Shown piece by piece: positions 7,306-10,792 of a DNA stretch of 10,792 bases. The notes under the pieces are model-generated. The model was not told the DNA's origin and ran no database searches. It saw only the letters and a list, made by a program, of their open reading frames with translations. The translations under genes were made by a program, and so were the position numbers. Where the stretch lies: contig JBKJJJ010000178.1 in the NCBI GenBank assembly GCA_046598045.1, positions 1 through 10,792 on the forward strand, in the 5' to 3' direction. The DNA is from Candidatus Eiseniibacteriota bacterium. GTDB lineage: Bacteria; Eisenbacteria; RBG-16-71-46; DASYSL01. The stretch's first letter is position 1. Every line of letters starts with the position of its first letter.

Positions 7306-7413
7306 GGTTGTGGCGCGAAGATTGGGTACGGGGCAAGCCGCCACGACAGGACAATGAGTTACGTCATCCATTTCCGCCCAAATCGGGCCATACCCAATCT
7401 TCAGCGCACAACC
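7306..7413. repeat. Long imperfect inverted repeat (arms about 26 bp, spacer about 56 bp)
   Basis: Perfect 12-bp core GAAGATTGGGTA (7317-7328) / TACCCAATCTTC (7391-7402). It extends outward through GCGC/GCGC and GGTTGT/ACAACC with single bulges at G7312 and A7403. Confidence 0.85.
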
Positions 7414-7426
7414 CAGGGAGCCCCCT

Positions 7427-8353
7427 TTGAGAACCAAACTCATGCTTTCAGGCCCACTTGGAGCCGCCCTCCTCCTGGCCCTGCTCCTCCCTGGCGCCGC
7501 CCGAGCCGACGCCCCTGCCCCCAAACCAGCGGTCCACATCCCCCACGGGATGACCGGCGCCCAGCTCCCCGACTACGTGCCGCCCCCGGCCTACAGCGAG
7601 GACCTGGAGATCGAGAGCGGCGGCAAGACAATCACCCTGAAGCGCTCGATCGACCACGGCCGCATGCGGACCGAGATGAACGTCGACGGCCAGGCCATGA
7701 CCATGATCGAGGTGGGGGACGAGCAGGGGACGACTTACATGCTCATGCCCGGCGAGAAGAGGGCGATGAAGCAGTCGCGCGGTGCGATGGAGGCGGCGAC
7801 GAAGGGGCACCTCCCGAAAGCCGCGGTCAAGGACACGACGAACAAGGACGAACCCGGGATCCGGGTCGAGGACCTGGGCGAAGAGACGATGGGCGGCGTC
7901 CTCACCAAGAAAATGCACATCACGTCGGAGGGCACGACCATCCTCGGGTGGTTCGACAAGGCGACCGGAGCTCCGGTGCGCATGGAGAGCAAGGTCGACG
8001 GCAAGGACGCGGTCATGGAATGGAAGGACCGCAAGGTGGGCCCGCAGCCCGCGGACATGTTCACGATCCCGAAGGGCTACGAGGTCATGGACATCGACGC
8101 GATGATGAAGCAGATGGGCGGCGCTGGCGGGATGCCCGGCATGGGAGGCCTGCCCGGAATGGGCGGCGTCGGCGGCATGGCGAAGGGCCTCGGCGGCGGC
8201 ATGGCCGGCAACATGATGGGCGGGATGGGTGCGAACCTCGGCGGTCATCTCGGCGGGATGCTCGGCGGCCCGCTGGGCTCGATCGCAGGCCGCTACATCG
8301 GCGGCAAGATCGGCAACGCCATTGCGCACAAAGTCGTGGGTGGTCCCCATTAG
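7427..8353 (+). CDS. Secreted DUF4412/LolA-like fold protein with Gly/Met-rich linker and C-terminal glycine zipper
   Basis: TTG start 6 nt after AGGGAG; signal peptide ending in ARA; motifs GRMRTEM, YMLMPGEK, LGEETMGG, WFDKATGAPVRM and PADMFTIPKGY; tail with repeated GxxxG. 308 aa. Confidence 0.8.
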   Translation: MRTKLMLSGPLGAALLLALLLPGAARADAPAPKPAVHIPHGMTGAQLPDYVPPPAYSEDLEIESGGKTITLKRSIDHGRMRTEMNVDGQAMTMIEVGDEQGTTYMLMPGEKRAMKQSRGAMEAATKGHLPKAAVKDTTNKDEPGIRVEDLGEETMGGVLTKKMHITSEGTTILGWFDKATGAPVRMESKVDGKDAVMEWKDRKVGPQPADMFTIPKGYEVMDIDAMMKQMGGAGGMPGMGGLPGMGGVGGMAKGLGGGMAGNMMGGMGANLGGHLGGMLGGPLGSIAGRYIGGKIGNAIAHKVVGGPH

Positions 8354-8465
8354 CACAACCTCTTTGCAGCGAACTTGCTTGATCCGGCGGGGCGCGGCCC
8401 CGACCCTCGCGGGCACGCGTGGCGCCGGGCTGCCCGCACATCGCCCGACCGGGGGAGCCATCGTC

Positions 8466-9407
8466 ATGCCTGTTCTTCGTCGCCTTCGTCCTGTCTTCGT
8501 CGCATGCTTTCTCGCCGCTCTTGCTGGGCGCGCGGCGCACGCGGCTCCGGCCGCCCCCAAGGCCCCGCCGTCGACCGCTGTCGCCGACACCTTCTACGCG
8601 CACCAGGACTGGGCGAAGGCCGCGCGCGCCTACGAGGCGGTTGCGAAGCTCGCGCCTGCGATGCCGCGCATTCAGTACCGCCTCGGCGTGTGTTACGCGA
8701 AGCTCGAGCTGTGGCCGCGCGCGATCGACGCAGGGCACAAGGCGGACGCGCTCGGCGCGAATCCCTGGTTCGCGCGCTACAACCTCGCCGGCGCGTTCGC
8801 GCGCGCGGGGCAGGTCGACTCGGCGTTCGCGGTGCTCGGGCGGCTGATGGACTCGGGCTATCGCCAGCCCGACGCTTTGAGCGCGGACGAGGACTTCGTG
8901 TCGCTCAAGGGCGACGTGCGCTATGCATCCGTAATCGAGCGCGCGAAGCGCAACGCGACGCCTTGCGAGTACGCGCCCGAGTCGCGTCAGTTCGACTTCT
9001 GGATCGGCGACTGGGAGGTGCACGACAACCAGCGCGGGCAGGGCGTTGCCGGCACGAGCCACGTCGAGAAGATCCTCGGCGGTTGCGTGATCTTCGAGAA
9101 CTGGTCGGGCGGGCTCGGTGGCTCGGGTAAGAGCTTCAATGCGTGGAACCCCGAGCTCCACTGCTGGCAACAGAACTGGATGGACGACTCGGGAAGCGTG
9201 ACCAATTTCACCGACGGCCACTTTGCGGACGGCAAGCTCGTGTTCGTCGCCGACAAGATTGCCGCGAACGGCTCTCCGTTCAAGAACCGGCTTACGTTCT
9301 TCGACCTCGGACCGGACCAGGTGCGCCAGTTCTCCGAACAGTCGACAGACGGCGGTGCCACGTGGACGGTCGGCTACGACTTCAACTACATCCGAAAGAA
9401 GGCCTGA
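8466..9407 (+). CDS. Secreted TPR-repeat protein with C-terminal DUF1579-like beta-barrel domain
   Basis: ATG at 8466 after GGGGGAG; signal peptide ending in AHA; TPR-like YRLGVCYAKL and YNLAGAFAR; C-terminal RQFDFWIGDWEV, CVIFENW, WQQNWMD and SEQSTDGGATW..DFNYIRK. 313 aa. Confidence 0.82.
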   Translation: MPVLRRLRPVFVACFLAALAGRAAHAAPAAPKAPPSTAVADTFYAHQDWAKAARAYEAVAKLAPAMPRIQYRLGVCYAKLELWPRAIDAGHKADALGANPWFARYNLAGAFARAGQVDSAFAVLGRLMDSGYRQPDALSADEDFVSLKGDVRYASVIERAKRNATPCEYAPESRQFDFWIGDWEVHDNQRGQGVAGTSHVEKILGGCVIFENWSGGLGGSGKSFNAWNPELHCWQQNWMDDSGSVTNFTDGHFADGKLVFVADKIAANGSPFKNRLTFFDLGPDQVRQFSEQSTDGGATWTVGYDFNYIRKKA

Positions 9408-9411
9408 GCCC

Positions 9412-10014
9412 GTGACCCCGGCTCTCCCGCAGGTCTGGATCGCGCGGCACGGGGAGACCGAGTGGTCGATCTCCACGCAGCACACGGGCCGCACCGACGT
9501 CCCGCTCACCGCGCACGGCGAGGCCGAGGCGATGTGCCTGCGCTCCCGGCTTGCGGGCCACGCGTTTGCGCACGTGTGGACCAGCCCGCTCGTGCGCGCG
9601 CGGCGCACCTGTGAGCTCGCGGGCTTCGGCGATCGCGCGTTGGATGACGATGACCTCCGCGAGTGGCACTACGGCGACTTCGAGGGCCTGACCCACGCCG
9701 CAATCCAGGCGCGCGCCCCGCACTGGAACGTCTTCGAAGACGGCGCGCCCGGCGGCGAGTCGGTGGCCGACGTGTCGGCGCGCGCCGACCGCGTGATCGC
9801 GCGGCTGCGCGCCGACGGCGGCTCGGCGCTCCTGTTCGGGCACGGACACTTCTCGCGAGTCCTGGGCGCGCGCTGGATCGGGCTGCCGGTCTCGGGCGCG
9901 TCGCTGCTGCTGCTCGCCACCTCGGCGGTGAGCGTGCTCGGGTACGATCATGGGCTCGATGAGCCGGCGATTCGGCTCTGGAACGATATGCATCACTTGA
10001 CCGCGGGGGCTTGA
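9412..10014 (+). CDS. Histidine phosphatase family protein (Gpm2/Shb17-like sugar phosphatase)
   Basis: Motifs ARHGETEWS..QHTGRTDVPLT, TSPLVRARRT, LREWHYGDFEG, PGGES and FGHGHFSR. GTG start at 9412, 4 nt after the upstream stop. 200 aa. Confidence 0.92.
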   Translation: MTPALPQVWIARHGETEWSISTQHTGRTDVPLTAHGEAEAMCLRSRLAGHAFAHVWTSPLVRARRTCELAGFGDRALDDDDLREWHYGDFEGLTHAAIQARAPHWNVFEDGAPGGESVADVSARADRVIARLRADGGSALLFGHGHFSRVLGARWIGLPVSGASLLLLATSAVSVLGYDHGLDEPAIRLWNDMHHLTAGA

Positions 10015-10559
10015 TGAAGCTGTTGTTGCTCGTTGCCTGCTTGCTGGGCTTGCCTGTCGGGCCTCCGGCAGCATCTGCATTGCCCGTTCCGGCGGGCGCG
10101 GACTCCCCGCTCACGACCGTGATCCTGGTTCGCCACGCGGAGAAGAATCCGCACCCGGCCGGCGGAGATGCCGGGCTCGATACCAAGGGCCTGCTGCGCG
10201 CACGCGAGCTGGCGCGTGTGCTCGAGAGCGCGGGCGTGAGCGCGATTTACGCGAGCCAGTATGACCGCGCGCGGAGGACCGGCGCGCCGCTGGGCGAGGC
10301 GATCGGGGACTCGGTTCGGGTCTATGACGCGAACCACCTCGATGTGCTGGCTCTGCGCATTCTCGCGGAGTGGCGGGGGCGCACGGTGCTCGTGATCGGG
10401 CATGGGGACACGATCGGGCCGACCATCGAGGCGCTGACCGGGCAGGCGCTCGGGAAGCACGAGCCGGTGCCCTATGACGGGATGTGGGTGCTGACGCTGC
10501 GGGATGGTGACGGTTACAAGCTGCTGCGGATGAAGTACGGGGCGAAGGACGAGCCTTAG
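10014..10559 (+). CDS. Secreted histidine phosphatase (SixA/phosphoglycerate-mutase-like)
   Basis: Signal-peptide-like MKLLLLVACLLGLP...ASA; motifs LVRHAEK, GLLRARELA, IYASQYDRARRT and VLVIGHGDT. The ATG overlaps the upstream TGA (TGATG); TTG at 10011 is an alternative start. Confidence 0.88.
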   Translation: MKLLLLVACLLGLPVGPPAASALPVPAGADSPLTTVILVRHAEKNPHPAGGDAGLDTKGLLRARELARVLESAGVSAIYASQYDRARRTGAPLGEAIGDSVRVYDANHLDVLALRILAEWRGRTVLVIGHGDTIGPTIEALTGQALGKHEPVPYDGMWVLTLRDGDGYKLLRMKYGAKDEP

Positions 10560-10608
10560 GTCTCCGGCCACCGGAGACACGTCCCGGGACAAGTTGACGA
10601 CTGGACGC

Positions 10609-10643
10609 AAAATGGGTCGCCGGTGGTTCCCCGGCGACCCATT
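10609..10643 (-). terminator. Rho-independent terminator (minus strand, possibly bidirectional)
   Basis: Perfect 13-bp stem AATGGGTCGCCGG (10611-10623) / CCGGCGACCCATT (10631-10643) with a 7-nt loop. The minus strand ends in TTTT, and the site lies between convergent genes. Confidence 0.8.
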
Positions 10644-10675
10644 CGCAATCCAACCCGGTAGCCTGATCCTCAGAA

Positions 10676-10792
10676 CTACTCGAGGATCAGCTTCTTGTTG
10701 TCCGAGACCTTGCCGTTGGTGGTGTAGCGCGCGAAATAGACACCCTTCGCGAGCGTCGCGCCACTGTCATCGCGGCCGTCCCAGGCCGCGCG
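10676..10792 (-). CDS. C-terminus of a protein ending in a FlgD Ig-like / T9SS type A sorting-like domain (5' part outside the window)
   Basis: The minus strand from 10792 translates as RAAWDGRDDSGATLAKGVYFARYTTNGKVSDNKKLILE-TAG. WDGRDxxG...xGVYF...KKLIL is the typical signature of this domain. It is absent from the ORF track. Confidence 0.85.
   Translation of the reverse strand, partial: RAAWDGRDDSGATLAKGVYFARYTTNGKVSDNKKLILE

Noticed and set aside
7268..7345. c-di-GMP-I riboswitch (GGGACGC and GGCAAGCC fragments)
   Set aside because: The fragments are in the wrong order, and the GAAA tetraloop and GCAAAGC elements are missing.
7306..7413. Integron attC site
   Set aside because: The bulged hairpin and GTT/AAC ends are suggestive, but the order is GTT...AAC rather than RYYYAAC...GTTRRRY. 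It also lies upstream of genes, and there is no integrase or cassette array.
8114..8310. GGCGGC/ATGGGC repeats as a CRISPR array or tandem repeat element
   Set aside because: The Gly/Met codons of the protein tail explain them, and there is no repeat-spacer periodicity.
8229..8465. N-terminal extension of the TPR protein (392 aa ORF)
   Set aside because: It overlaps the upstream gene. ATG 8466 has an SD and begins a signal peptide.

Overview
Very GC-rich bacterial genomic DNA holding 11 complete genes and two edge-truncated ones. In order: the 3' end of a DUF1579-like gene (+); an mtnA / class II aldolase pair (-) resembling the DHAP-shunt methylthioribose/5-deoxyribose salvage module; a secreted hypothetical protein with a glycoside-hydrolase-like DxExY motif (-); an alpha/beta hydrolase and a dienelactone hydrolase (+); a HAMP sensor histidine kinase (-) with no regulator in the window; a + strand run of a secreted DUF4412/LolA-like protein with a Gly/Met-rich glycine-zipper tail, a secreted TPR + DUF1579-like protein and two histidine phosphatases; and the 3' end of a FlgD-Ig-like/sorting-domain protein (-). 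No mobile element, CRISPR array, rRNA or tRNA was seen. The most unusual stretch is the divergent gap at 7055-7426. It holds a 33-aa mini-ORF absent from the ORF track, coupled to the kinase and resembling a deletion scar, plus a sigma28-like promoter and a ~108 bp degenerate inverted repeat with a near-centred palindrome/IHF-like site. Three genes appear leaderless. All family calls are by motif recognition only; no searches were run.
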